Shown: positions 8,253 to 20,471, numbered from the stretch's first letter. The stretch: DNA of 64,000 nucleotides from Candidatus Eiseniibacteriota bacterium (GCA_963762255.1 CAVXKA010000001.1:1322121-1386120); one strand, 5' to 3'. Notes: generated from the sequence alone by a model not told the origin. Numbers and translations are program-made.

Positions 8253-11200
8253 GCGCCGCTCCGGACGCGACCCTGAGCACCCTTCCGCCCCGCGCCAACG
8301 CCGGGTTCCGGCGCTTCCGTCTCGTCTTTCTCCAGGACTTCCGCCAATCCTGGCGCCGGCCGATGTTCTGGATTCTGATCGTGGTCCTCGCCCTGACCTC
8401 GTACGGTCTCTCGACCGGCCACATGCGGATCGCCTCCGGCGAATCGCAGGTGGGCGGCACCAAGGCATGGATCACCTCCCAGTTCGCGGTGACCCAGATG
8501 TTCGCCCTGGTGGTCTTCCTCTTCTACAGTTTCTTCGTCGCCATCGCGGCCGGGATGGCGGTGATTCAGGACGACGAGTTCAAAGTCGGGGAGATCCTGA
8601 ACGCCACGCCGCTGCGGCCCCGGGAGTATGTCTGGGGTCGGTTCCTCGGCATCTTCGCCGCATTCCTCGCCGTCCTCGGGCTGCACACGCTCTTCGCGAT
8701 CTTCTTCGGCCATGTCTTCCCGCACGCGGGTAAGGAGGAGATCTTCGGGCCGTTCGCGTTCGGGAACTACGCCATGCCCGCGCTCCTGATGGGTGTGCCC
8801 ACCATCGTGCTCATGGCCGGCACCGCGTTCGCGATGGGAACGTGGACCCGCAAGCCGATCCTTGTCTTCGTGTTTCCCGTGGCCATGCTGCTCGTGTGCG
8901 GTTTTTTCATCTGGAACTGGTCGCCGAGCTGGCTCGATCCCAAGTGGAACAAGCTCCTCATGCTCCTGGACCCGGCCGGGTTCCGGTGGCTGAACGAGAC
9001 CTGGCTCAAGGTGGACCGCGGCGTCGACTTCTATAACTCCGCGCGCGTTCCCCACGACGGCCTGTTCTGGCTGAACCGCGCGCTCGCGATGGGCATGGGC
9101 CTTCTCGCCGTCGTCTTCGCCGAGCGCCGGTTCGCGGCGTCCCTCCGAGGCGCCGACGCAGGCACGCGCGCGGCTCGCCGGGTCCGAGCCGCGCTCGCCG
9201 GCGCCGGCGAGCGCCAGGGCTCGGGTGACGCCGCGGCGGCGCTGGCGACCTACGCCGCCTCGGGGAGCGCCTCACTCGCCGAGCTCGAAATGCGAAGCGG
9301 TCGCCCGAGCTTCTTCGGCGGCACGATCGAGGTGCTGCGCGTCGAGCTGCGCGAGCTGCGGAGTTCCGCCGGGCTCTATCTCTTCGTGCCGATCATTCTC
9401 CTTCAGGTGATCGGGACCGCGGCCTTCGCGGTGGGCGCCTTCGACACGCCGCTGCTCAACACGGCCGGCGGCATCGCGACGGGGGCCATGAACACCCTCA
9501 CGCTTCTCGTCTGCCTGCTGCTTCTCTTCTACACCGTCGAGTCGCTGGAGCGTGAGAAGAACACGGGCTTCGGGGCGATGTTCTACACCACGCCCGTTCG
9601 GACCGCGTCGATTCTTCTCGGCAAGGCCCTGGCCAACAGCTTCGTGGGGATCGTGGTTCTCCTCGCTGCATTCCTCGGCTCGGCCATCGTCATCCTCTCC
9701 CAGGGGAAGATGCCGGTCGATCCGCTGCCCTTCATCCTGGTGTGGGGTCTCCTTCTGGTACCCACCTTCATCGCCTGGACCGGGTTCACCTCGGCGCTAT
9801 GGGCGCTGAGCGGGAACCGCTTCACGACCTATGGAATCGCGCTGGGCGCGCTCATGCTCACCGGCTATCTCCAGATGGCCGGGAAGATGTCGTGGGTGGG
9901 TAACTGGGATGTCTGGTCCGTGGTGAGATGGAGCGATCTCGGTGTGTTCGAGTTGGACCGCAAGGCGCTTCTCCTGAATCGCCTCATGGTGTTGGGGCTG
10001 GCCGCCTTCTTCATCACCCTCACCGCCCGGGTGTTTGCGCGGCGCAGCTTCGACGTGGTTCGCCTCATGGACCGTCTGCGCGTGGGCGCGCTCATGCGCG
10101 GCAGTCTGGCGCTCATCCCTTCGCTCGTGGTGGTGCTCGCCTGCGGCGCCTTCCTGAAAGTGGCGGTCGACCAGGGTTTCGAGGGAGAGTCGGCCAAGAA
10201 ACTGATGAAGGACTATTGGCGCAAGAACCTCACCACCTGGAAGGATGCGCCGCTGCCCTCCATCGCCGGCGCCGACGTGGATCTCACGCTGGAGCCTCGC
10301 GACCGCGCCTTTCGCACGAGCGGCTCCTACCTGCTCGTCAACCGTCTTGACCATTCCCTGCGGCAGATCCCTCTCACCATCGGGCTCGACTGGAAGGACC
10401 AGGAGTGGATGCTGAACGGGGAGGGGGTCAAGCCCGAGGATCGTTCTCACCTCCTCGTGTTCACACCGACGCGGCCGCTCGCCCCCGGCGACTCGCTGCG
10501 CATCGGGTTCAAGTTCCACGGCGTCTTCCCCAAGGGAACGACCAAGAACGGCGGAGGCATCGAGGAGTTCGTCCTCCCCTCCGGCGTCGTGCTCACCAGC
10601 TTTCGTCCCACGTTTGTGCCGCTGCTGGGATTCCAGGAGGGGATCGGGATCGACGAGAAGAACCAGTACGACGCGAAGGAGTACGCCGACGACTTCTATG
10701 TGGGAGTAACCAAGAGCGGTTTCGGCGTGGACCGGCCCTATCCGACGCGCATCCGCATCACCGGCCCCGCCGAGTACACGCTCAACTCCGTGGGAACTTG
10801 CGTCAGCGACAGCGTCGCCGACGGCCGGCGCACCGTGGTGTGGGAGAGCGACCAGCCGGTCGGTTTCTTCAACGTGGTGGCGGGCCGCTGGGAGACGTGG
10901 CGCGGCGACGGAACCGCGATTTTCTACAACCGCAAGCACAAGGTGAACGTGGAGGAGATGGGGGAGGCCCTCGACGCGTCGAGGAAGTACTACTCGGAGT
11001 GGTTCCTCCCCTTCCCGTGGCGCGAACTCAAGCTGAGCGAGTTCCCCGCCCTCGCCAACTACGCGCAGGGGTTCCCAACCAACATCACGTTCTCGGAGGG
11101 GATCGGTTTTCTCACCAAGAGCGAACCCAAGACCAACCTCGCGTTCATGGTGACCGCTCACGAGGCGGCCCATCAGTGGTGGGGGAACATTCTCTCTCCG

Positions 11201-11941
11201 GGAGAAGGCCCGGGCGGCAACATCCTCTCCGAGGGAATGGCCCACTTCTCGACCATGCTCCTCATCGGCCAAGTGAAAGGGGAATACCAGCGGCGCGAGT
11301 TCGCCAAGCGCATCGAGTCGCGCTATGGCGACAACCGGCAAGCCGACTCCGAGCGCCCCCTGGTCAAGACCGACGGCTCGCGCGCCGGAGACACCACGGT
11401 GATGTACGACAAGGGAGGGTGGACCTTCTGGATGCTGCTCAACCACATGGGACGCGATAACGCGCTCGCCGGGTGTAAGGAGTTCATCGAGACCTACCGC
11501 GACAACCCCGACCATCCCGTGCTGCAGGATTTCGTCGCGGTCCTGCGCCCGCACGCGCCCGACTCGACCGCCTACGACGCCTTCGTGCAGCAATGGTTCT
11601 TCGACAAGGTGGTGCCGGAGTACCGCGTGAAGGACGCGAAGCGGACGGCGCTGACCGACGGTGCCACCGACAGCACAGGCACCTGGGAGGTTACCGCGAC
11701 TGTCGAGAACAAGGGGACGGGCCGGATGCCGGTCGTGGTGGCGGCGACGGTGGGCGACGCGTACGACAAGGAAGGCAAGCCGAAGGACGGCTATCGCGCG
11801 GAGCGGCAGACGATCGTGCTGGGAGCGGGAGAGAGCGCGGAGCTCAAGTTCCAGTGCGGGTTCAAGCCGGAGCGCGTGGTCGTGGATCCCGACGTGCTCG
11901 TGCTGCAGCTCGAGCGCGAGCGGGCGACGGCGGGGCTCTAA
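8249..11941 (+). CDS. ABC-2 family permease fused to an M1-family (aminopeptidase N-like) zinc metallopeptidase domain
   Basis: N-terminal roughly 600 aa carry multiple hydrophobic TM segments typical of ABC-2 permeases. The C-terminal half carries HEAAHQWWGN (HEXXH) followed by ...SEGMAHF (downstream Glu ligand), the M1 gluzincin signature. Start ATG 8249 overlaps the ATPase stop. The longer 7535 ORF is a spurious N-terminal extension. Confidence 0.8.
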   Translation: MSAAPDATLSTLPPRANAGFRRFRLVFLQDFRQSWRRPMFWILIVVLALTSYGLSTGHMRIASGESQVGGTKAWITSQFAVTQMFALVVFLFYSFFVAIAAGMAVIQDDEFKVGEILNATPLRPREYVWGRFLGIFAAFLAVLGLHTLFAIFFGHVFPHAGKEEIFGPFAFGNYAMPALLMGVPTIVLMAGTAFAMGTWTRKPILVFVFPVAMLLVCGFFIWNWSPSWLDPKWNKLLMLLDPAGFRWLNETWLKVDRGVDFYNSARVPHDGLFWLNRALAMGMGLLAVVFAERRFAASLRGADAGTRAARRVRAALAGAGERQGSGDAAAALATYAASGSASLAELEMRSGRPSFFGGTIEVLRVELRELRSSAGLYLFVPIILLQVIGTAAFAVGAFDTPLLNTAGGIATGAMNTLTLLVCLLLLFYTVESLEREKNTGFGAMFYTTPVRTASILLGKALANSFVGIVVLLAAFLGSAIVILSQGKMPVDPLPFILVWGLLLVPTFIAWTGFTSALWALSGNRFTTYGIALGALMLTGYLQMAGKMSWVGNWDVWSVVRWSDLGVFELDRKALLLNRLMVLGLAAFFITLTARVFARRSFDVVRLMDRLRVGALMRGSLALIPSLVVVLACGAFLKVAVDQGFEGESAKKLMKDYWRKNLTTWKDAPLPSIAGADVDLTLEPRDRAFRTSGSYLLVNRLDHSLRQIPLTIGLDWKDQEWMLNGEGVKPEDRSHLLVFTPTRPLAPGDSLRIGFKFHGVFPKGTTKNGGGIEEFVLPSGVVLTSFRPTFVPLLGFQEGIGIDEKNQYDAKEYADDFYVGVTKSGFGVDRPYPTRIRITGPAEYTLNSVGTCVSDSVADGRRTVVWESDQPVGFFNVVAGRWETWRGDGTAIFYNRKHKVNVEEMGEALDASRKYYSEWFLPFPWRELKLSEFPALANYAQGFPTNITFSEGIGFLTKSEPKTNLAFMVTAHEAAHQWWGNILSPGEGPGGNILSEGMAHFSTMLLIGQVKGEYQRREFAKRIESRYGDNRQADSERPLVKTDGSRAGDTTVMYDKGGWTFWMLLNHMGRDNALAGCKEFIETYRDNPDHPVLQDFVAVLRPHAPDSTAYDAFVQQWFFDKVVPEYRVKDAKRTALTDGATDSTGTWEVTATVENKGTGRMPVVVAATVGDAYDKEGKPKDGYRAERQTIVLGAGESAELKFQCGFKPERVVVDPDVLVLQLERERATAGL

Positions 11942-11981
11942 CCCCCCCCGCAATTCCTTAGATCATGAAGACTTACGGTTC

Positions 11982-12016
11982 TTGCATTTCGACGCTCATT
12001 GCGTCACTATTGACGA
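11982..12016 (+). promoter_or_regulatory. AT-rich putative sigma70 promoter (TTGCAT-N17-CACTAT) overlapping inverted repeat CGTCAcTATTGACG; likely autoregulatory operator of the TA module
   Basis: Local GC drop. Palindrome at 12003-12016 and a second TGCGTCA half-site directly upstream of the HTH-NTase start codon. Confidence 0.4.
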
Positions 12017-12019
12017 GTT

Positions 12020-12649
12020 ATGCGTCAAACAAGAAGCCGTCTTCTCGCGCCCATGCAGGAGAGAATCCTGGCCCTGATGCTTCTCCGACCGGAGCGCCAG
12101 TGGTATCGGAGTGAGCTGGCGCGGGTGCTCGGTGTTCCAACGTCAAGTCTCCAGCGCCCGCTCGGGTCCCTCTGCGAATCACAGGTGCTTACCGCCCGCA
12201 GGGACGGAAACCGCCTCTACTATCAAGCCAACGCGCGGAGCCCTCTCTTTCCGGAGCTTCGAGGGCTGCTGGTCAAGACGTCCGGTCTCGTCGGAGTCCT
12301 GAGGGACGAGCTCGAACCCCTCGCGCCAAAGGTCACGGTAGCCCTAGTCTATGGTTCGATCGCTTCTGGGGAAGAGACCTCCGACAGCGACGTGGACCTT
12401 CTTGTCGTGGGGGCCGTCGGTCTCAGGGATCTCGCGGCGCCGCTTCGCGGTGCCGCCGTGCGTTTGGGACGCGAGGTGAATCCCATCGTCTATTCGGAGG
12501 CTGAGTTCGCAGCAAAGTCCAGAGCCGGAAACGACTTCTTAGTGGCTGTCTTGGATAAGCCCAGGCTCTTTGTCGTGGGGACAGAGGATGACGTTCGCAG
12601 AGCTTCTCAAGCAAAGGCGCGTGGCCCTGGAGCCGGTCGGGCCGGATGA
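12020..12649 (+). CDS. wHTH + minimal nucleotidyltransferase (MNT/AbiEii-like) protein, antitoxin-type partner of the HEPN protein
   Basis: N-terminal winged-helix-like segment (ILALMLLRPERQWYRSELARVLGVPTSSLQRPL) and NTase motif VYGSIASGEETSDSDVDLLVV (GS...DxD). Alternative start ATG 12053. Overlaps the downstream HEPN gene. Confidence 0.7.
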   Translation: MRQTRSRLLAPMQERILALMLLRPERQWYRSELARVLGVPTSSLQRPLGSLCESQVLTARRDGNRLYYQANARSPLFPELRGLLVKTSGLVGVLRDELEPLAPKVTVALVYGSIASGEETSDSDVDLLVVGAVGLRDLAAPLRGAAVRLGREVNPIVYSEAEFAAKSRAGNDFLVAVLDKPRLFVVGTEDDVRRASQAKARGPGAGRAG

Positions 12650-13031
12650 AATAGTCCTGCTTCGGGCGCTCGCCAATCGCTACATTGCTGATGCCGCGAT
12701 CGAGGAGATGTCCCCCGAAGGTCGCTTCCAGCAGGCCTATGGGGCTGCGCGGACCCTCGCCACCATGGTCGTTCGAGCTTCCGGATACCGGGTCAAGCAG
12801 CCCGGAGCCCACTTCAGTACCTTCTTGGCCTTGGAAGCCGCTGATCCAGGGATCTTCCTCGACTACGCCACGTACTTCGACACATGCCGTGCTCTGCGGA
12901 ATGAACTTACCTACGAAGGCCCGGCGGGGATCTCCGAAACAGAGCTGGAGGAGGTCCTAAGAGTCGTCCCCGAATTCAGGCAGGCGATCGAGGCGTGGAT
13001 TGCCCTGAATCATCCCGAGTTCGCACCATAG
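12588..13031 (+). CDS. HEPN-domain protein (toxin-type partner of MNT)
   Basis: About 147 aa, alpha-helical, with the R-x4-6-H-like region ...TCRALRNELTYEG. Sits immediately downstream of and overlapping the NTase gene. An alternative TTG start lies at 12570. Confidence 0.6.
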   Translation: MTFAELLKQRRVALEPVGPDEIVLLRALANRYIADAAIEEMSPEGRFQQAYGAARTLATMVVRASGYRVKQPGAHFSTFLALEAADPGIFLDYATYFDTCRALRNELTYEGPAGISETELEEVLRVVPEFRQAIEAWIALNHPEFAP

Positions 13032-13097
13032 GCCCGGTGGTCCCCCGGGAGCCCCGCTGGTAGACTGTGCCCGCGCCTCCGGCAGAGGGAAGAACCC

Positions 13098-14996
<1,899 letters not shown>

Positions 14997-15032
14997 GGCG
15001 GCACCAGCCTTAGAAAAAATTCTCTGAAATAA

Positions 15033-15062
15033 CTTGATCCCGCCCTGCGCGGCGGGGTAGAT
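15033..15062 (+). promoter_or_regulatory. putative sigma70 promoter TTGATC-N18-TAGATT in an AT-rich patch upstream of the large protease gene
   Basis: A conspicuous low-GC island (ttagaaaaaattctctgaaataacttgat) in an otherwise ~70% GC sequence, about 90 nt upstream of ATG 15154 (RBS AAGGAGG). Confidence 0.3.
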
Positions 15063-15153
15063 TTCCCTCCGTTCGCCCTGAACATTATCCGTTCTACCCG
15101 CATCAGGGGCGCGCGTCCCGGCCCCGCATTATCCCACTCAAGGAGGCCCCCTC

Positions 15154-18100
15154 ATGTCTCGACGTATTCTGCCCATCCCACTGCTGATCCGCGTGGTCGG
15201 CTTGGCTCTGGCCCTCGCGGTGTCTCCCGCGATCGCGCTCGGCGAAGTCCCCCAGCCGAGTTCGATCTGTCCGTCGAGCATCTCGGTCCCGATCTCACTG
15301 GAACTTGCGGCACCCGAGGCGTCGATCGCACCCGGCGCGGCGGTCACCCTCACCGGGACCTTGCTCCCCGGTACGGAGCTGGCATCCGCCGAGCTCGCGA
15401 TCTCGTCCGAGGGATCCGTCGAGCTGCTGGGGCCGACCGTTCTCACCTCGGGTCCTTTGGCGAACGGCCAGGCTTGGGTCTTCGAGATCCCCGTCCGCTA
15501 CACCGCAAGCGGTCGCTCCGCGGTATTCGTTCGCGCGCTGGCCGATGACGGCACCGGCGGGGATCGGTTCGAGAAGAACGAAGGGATCTACACGATCTTC
15601 CACAACAACCGGCCGGTCGTCGCGATGGGCGACTACTTGCGCGCCGAACAGCGGGCGATCGAGCAGGATCTCAACTCGGGAGCGCTCACCGAGACGGAAG
15701 CTCGCGCCCAGATGCGGGAGAAATCCAGACCGGAACGCTTGCTGAACTTCAAGCTTCCTCCGATGCAGGGCGCCCCGCCTCCTCCCCCCAGCGGCACGCA
15801 GGTCATCGCACCGGCAGCCCTGGATGGAGGTGAGATCGCTCTCCAGGCGAGCCCCGCGTCGCCGACAGGCAATATCACGGTGCAAGGCACGGTGACCTGG
15901 CTCGACGAGAACGGGAACCCTCACCCGGCGTTCGGAGTGACGGTTCAGGTGCGGGACGATGAACTCATCGGCTCGGAACTGGTGGCCGCCATGGCAACCG
16001 GCACCGACGGCGCGTACCACTTCGTCGTCGACAACGATGACGGCATCGGCGCGGGCAACCGGGACATCTTCGTTCGGTTCATCTCCGCGAACGCGGCGGT
16101 CTCCATCGAGACCGAGGGCATCCTGCACGCCGCCTACGAGGCCGACACCGGCATCTACGACGAGACGCCGGACGGCACCCTCATCACCGAGAACTTCACC
16201 GCCGCCAACACCGGCACCGGCCCCTCCCTGGGACTCCTGACCGGCGCCACCTACGTCGCCTCCTACACGGCGCACCTCAATAGCGACAGCGTTCCTGGGC
16301 GGCATCCGGTTCGAGTGGCCCGGCGACACCGGCTCCGCGAACTACAACGGAAGCCGCATCAACCTGCGCCCCGGCGATCGCTGGGACTGGGACGTGATGT
16401 TCCACGAGTACGGACACTACGTTCAGGACAGCTTCAACTTCGAGAACGGCGTCGGCGGGCCCCACAACATCGGGGATTGCATCGCCGACGTGCACAACAG
16501 CAAGAGCGAAGGCGTGCGGATGTCGTGGAGCGAGGGTTGGCCGACCTACTTCGGCACCGTCGCTCAGGACTACTTCAACCTCTCCTCGCTCAACGTCCCG
16601 CGCGTAGGCGACGTGAACTACGGGGACACCGGCGAGAGCAACTTCAGCTACAGCCTCGATGCCCAGGACAACAACGGACGGGGCGAGGACAACGAGCTCA
16701 CCGTCCAGCGCATCCTGTGGGACTACTACGACACGAACTCGGACGGTCGCGACAACGTGACCACCTCCGAGACCACCCTGTTCAACATCCTGCGGGGCAC
16801 GAACACCGAGACCCTCTCCGGAGGGATCGGGCTGATCCGCGCCACGCTGTCCAGCCAGCAGGACCTGGCCTACGGCGCGATCACCACCGATCACCTGGTG
16901 GGGCCCTCGTTGAACTCGCCCGCGGCAGGGGCGATCGTCTCGCCCGCGAGCGCCAACTTCTCGTGGGATGCGCTCGTCGGATGTCCGCTCCTCCTACAGC
17001 GGGGACTCGTTCGATCTCGTGTTCTATAACGCGAGCACGTTCGCGAAGATCCTGACGATCGGGGGCCTCGCCACGACGTCGCGGTCCTTGACGCTGCCCG
17101 AGTTACAGACGCTGGTGGCGTCGAGTCATCAAGTGCTGTGGGCGGTGGAGGGAAGGAACTCTTCCGGTCCGGCCACCGGTCCGTACCTGGGGGAGAGTTT
17201 TGCGATCACGGTGAACCAGCCGCCGGTGGCGGACGCGGGTCCGGACCAGACGGTGGAGTGCACGTCGCACACGACGACGTCGGCGGTGCTGAACGGGACG
17301 GGGTCGAGCGATCCGGACGGGGACGTGTTGACGTACCACTGGACGGGTCCGGTCGGGGTGACGTTCGACAACGCGAACGCGGCGATCACGACGGGGCACT
17401 TTCCGGAGGGTGCGACGGTGGTGACGCTGACGGTCTCCGACGGGATCGAGAGCGACCAGGATCAGATGACGGTGACGGTGGTGGACACGACGCCGCCGGT
17501 GATCGTCTGCCCGGCGGACATCACGGTGGAGTGCACGTCGCACGACGGGACGCCGAAGGGGGACGCGCAGCTGGTGCCGTTCTTCAGCGGGGTGTCTGCG
17601 ACGGATGTGTGCGACAGCGCGCCGGATCTGACGAACGACGCACCGGACTACTTCGCGCTGGGAGCGACGGTGGTGACGTTCACGGCGACGGACGCGGACG
17701 GGAACTCGGCATCGTGTCAGGCGACGGTGACGGTGGAGGACACGACGCCGCCCGTGATCACGGTGGAGCTGAACCGGGACGTGCTGTGGCCGCCGAACCA
17801 CAAGATGTCGGACATCCTGGCGACGGTCGTAGTCACGGACATTTGCGATCCGAGCCCGACGTACGTGCTGACCTCGATCACGAGCGACGAGCCGGACAAC
17901 GGGTTGGGGGACGGAGACACGGACGGGGACATCGTGGCCGACCTGGGGACGCCGGACCAGGTGTTCCAGTTGCGGTCGGAGCGGATGGGTGGTGGGGATG
18001 GTCGCAAGTACACGATCCTCTACACCGCGAGCGACGGATCGGGGAACACGGCGCCGGACACGGCGTGCGTGCGGGTGCCGCACGACAGGTCGGGGATGGC

Positions 18101-18806
18101 GTTGTGCTCGGTAGGGTTCTCGTCGAACGGAGCGAGCCTGGATCCGCAGGCCCCCGGGTTCCGGTTGGTGGTGGTGTCGACGGGAGAGATGGACGCGTGG
18201 CGCCTGGATCCGAAGCGGGTCTACGTGGGCAACCAGGCAGGGGTGATCTTGCCGATCGAGTGGCGGTTGGTGGACGTGGACAAGGATCGGAACCTGGACC
18301 TGGAGGTGATCTACGACGCGCTGAAGGCACGGGAGATGCGGTCGCAGGCGACCAAGAAGAACCCGTTGGGACTGCACTATCAGGGCGCGGACGGGGTCGA
18401 CTATCTGGTGGGTGACATCTTCGGGCTGGGGACGCCGATCGCGCTGGTCGAGGATCCGGCGGAGCGCGATGGCGCCGAGCTGGCGGACATCGTCGCGGCG
18501 GACGATCCGATGGATCAACAGCCGGGTGTATCGGTGAGCACCTCCGAGGTGAAGCCTGGGCTGCAGGCGGGACCGCAGGGATCGACGCTGACGCTGGCGG
18601 AAGGGGGTTCGGTCATCGTGGAGATCTTCAACGTGACCGGACGTCGGGTGAAGACGCTGGTGAACGCGAATCTGGCCCGGGGCCCGCACACGCTGCGCTG
18701 GGACGGGCGTGACGACAGCGGCCGGCGGATGCCGGAAGGGATCTACTTCTACCGCGTCCAGGCCCCCGGTCTGCAGACTGTGAAGAAGGTCCTGTTGGTT
18801 CGATAG
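15154..18806 (+). pseudogene. large secreted zinc metalloprotease (HEXXH) with PKD and tandem HYR-like domains and a Por/T9SS-type C-terminal sorting domain; two uncompensated +1 frame disruptions (~16275 and ~16990)
   Basis: Signal peptide MSRRILPIPLLIRVVGLALALAVSPAIALG. HEYGHY zinc motif at ~16400. PKD-like segment (SSDPDGDVLTYHWTGP). Repeated TTPPVIxCPADITVECTSHDG HYR-like units. C-terminus ...GIYFYRVQAPGLQTVKKVLLVR matches the Por_Secre_tail pattern. The reading frame runs 1 to 2 to 3. Confidence 0.6.
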
Positions 18807-18819
18807 GCATGCAAACGCG

Positions 18820-18851
18820 GAGCGGGGGCGCCGGTAATGGCGCCCCCGCTC
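18820..18851. terminator. GC-rich perfect hairpin (13-bp stem GAGCGGGGGCGCC / GGCGCCCCCGCTC), likely a bidirectional terminator between convergent genes
   Basis: Inverted repeat seen directly in the sequence. No U-tract. Confidence 0.5.
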
Positions 18852-18858
18852 GTGCGTG

Positions 18859-19584
18859 TCAGTCCGTGGAATCCGCCCGCGCGATGACGTACGAGAGATG
18901 GATCAATCCCGCGTCCGCGCAGGCGTTCGTGTACTCCACATCCTGCGCGGTGAGGCACACGACACGATAATCCGCCAGGATCGCCTCCTCACCGTGGAGG
19001 AGCGACACCGAGGCCTCGGCGTGTGTCACCCGCAACCGCATGTTCTTGATGAAGGTGAAGCACTCGCCGGTGGAGCGGCTCACGCAGTCTGTGGGTTCGA
19101 GCGCCAGGCTGAACCCGGGGATGCCGGTGGTGAGCGCCAGCTCGCCGGGGCCGCGATCGCTCGCCGCGGCGAAGAGGACGCCCTTATCGTCCTCGATGAG
19201 GATGCCGCTGGCTTCGGGAGACCCACCTACATGGTCGAGCACCACGCGGTACGAGCGGCCGGGAGTCACCGGAAGCGCCACGACCCGGTCGGGATGTTCC
19301 CGGATTCCGTAGCGCAACGTGTCGAGGCCGCTGGTGCCCGCGTCGCGGATCACCAGCTCCTGAAGCCCGTTCTCGTCGACCGGCGAGAGTGAGACGACCG
19401 GCCCCTCGACATCGAGGTGCGTGGAAGGCGAGAGGGCGAGGGTGTACGCGGTGATCGCGCCGACCGGTTCCGCGGTGCAAGCTGAGTCGGCGTCTCCGCA
19501 GGTGGGGGCGCCGACGACGAGGAAGAGGGCTGCGGCGCCAAAGGCCGCCCCCGGCGAACGGGAAAGAAAACGAAACATGATCAA
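18859..19584 (-). CDS. hypothetical secreted protein
   Basis: Signal peptide MIMFRFLSRSPGAAFGAAALFLVVGAPTC. Strong RBS GGGAGG upstream of the ATG. Confidence 0.55.
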   Translation of the reverse strand: MIMFRFLSRSPGAAFGAAALFLVVGAPTCGDADSACTAEPVGAITAYTLALSPSTHLDVEGPVVSLSPVDENGLQELVIRDAGTSGLDTLRYGIREHPDRVVALPVTPGRSYRVVLDHVGGSPEASGILIEDDKGVLFAAASDRGPGELALTTGIPGFSLALEPTDCVSRSTGECFTFIKNMRLRVTHAEASVSLLHGEEAILADYRVVCLTAQDVEYTNACADAGLIHLSYVIARADSTD

Positions 19585-19693
19585 TCCTCCCGGGACGGGG
19601 CATTGAAGCTATCCTGCTCGCGGCCTGTCATAATCCTAGCATTCCAGGCTCTCACTTCCCGCATGCCCTCACCGACTTCGTGGAGGACGGCTC

Positions 19694-20456
19694 GTGATCC
19701 GAGTCATCGAAAGCGATAAGAACCCGCTCTTCAAGAGCTTGAAGCGCATCCTCGCGCCGCGCGGCATTCACAAGGAAGGAGAGGCGATCGTCGCCGGGCG
19801 GAAGCTCGTCGAGGAAACGCTGCGGGAGCTTCCCGGGCAGATCGCGGCGTGGATGACCGCGGGGGATGCAGACCCCGCCCCCCGAGGGCTCGCCGCACGG
19901 GATGGACTGGTATCAGCTCGCGCCGGCGCTCTTCCGCGAGGTCGATGTGTTCGGTACGCGCGCGCCGCTTCTCCTGGTGAACGTGCCGCCGCTCCCGATC
20001 TGGGATCCCTCGGAGGGCCTCCCCGAGGGGACTTCGTTGCTCGTTCCCTTCCAGGATCCCGAGAACGTGGGGGCGACGATTCGCTCGGCGGTGGCGTTCG
20101 GCGTCGATCAGGTCATCCTGCTCGAGGAGAGCGCGCACCCGTTCCATCCCAAGACGCTCCGCGCGTCCGGAGGTACGGTGCTGCGGGCGAAGCTCTTCGA
20201 GGGGCCGTCGATCAAGAAGTTGCAGGCCGCGCTCGACATCTTCCCGCTCTCGACGGAGGGGCGGAACATCTCGACGTTCACGTTTCCGGAGCGGTTCGCA
20301 CTCTTGCCCGGCCTCGAAGGGGAGGGCTTGCCGGAGGCCTGGCGATCGCGCGCACTGGCGATCCCGATTCGCCCGGAAGTGGAATCGCTCAACGCCGCGG
20401 CCGCGGTCGCAGTGGCGCTCTATGCTTGGTCGGTGTCGAAGGCCCGCCGCGGCTGA
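19694..20456 (+). CDS. SpoU/TrmH-family RNA 2'-O-methyltransferase; frameshift in a C-run at ~19875-19880
   Basis: GTG start with RBS GGAGG. C-terminal SPOUT motifs (FQDPENVGATIRSAVAFG, LPGLEGEGL, ESLNAAAAVAVALYA). The N-terminal roughly 60 aa are in a different frame. Confidence 0.7.
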
Positions 20457-20471
20457 CGCGCCAACGAACCT

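Noticed and set aside
9797-11953. Long minus-strand ORFs antisense to confident genes (for example 9797-11953, 12957-14336, 17103-18689, 32722-35133, 36697-37956 plus, 23818-24963, 15295-16329, 694-1545, 2609-3736)
   Set aside because: They are Arg/Pro/Gly/Ala-rich low-complexity translations with no motifs. They lie exactly opposite genes with strong family signatures, which is typical of shadow ORFs in ~70% GC DNA.
16968-18806. Treating 15154-17055, 16394-17029 and 16968-18806 as three separate genes
   Set aside because: The protein similarity (metalloprotease core, HEXXH, PKD/HYR, CTD) runs collinearly across the three frames with junctions at ~16275 and ~16990. It is one gene with frame disruptions.
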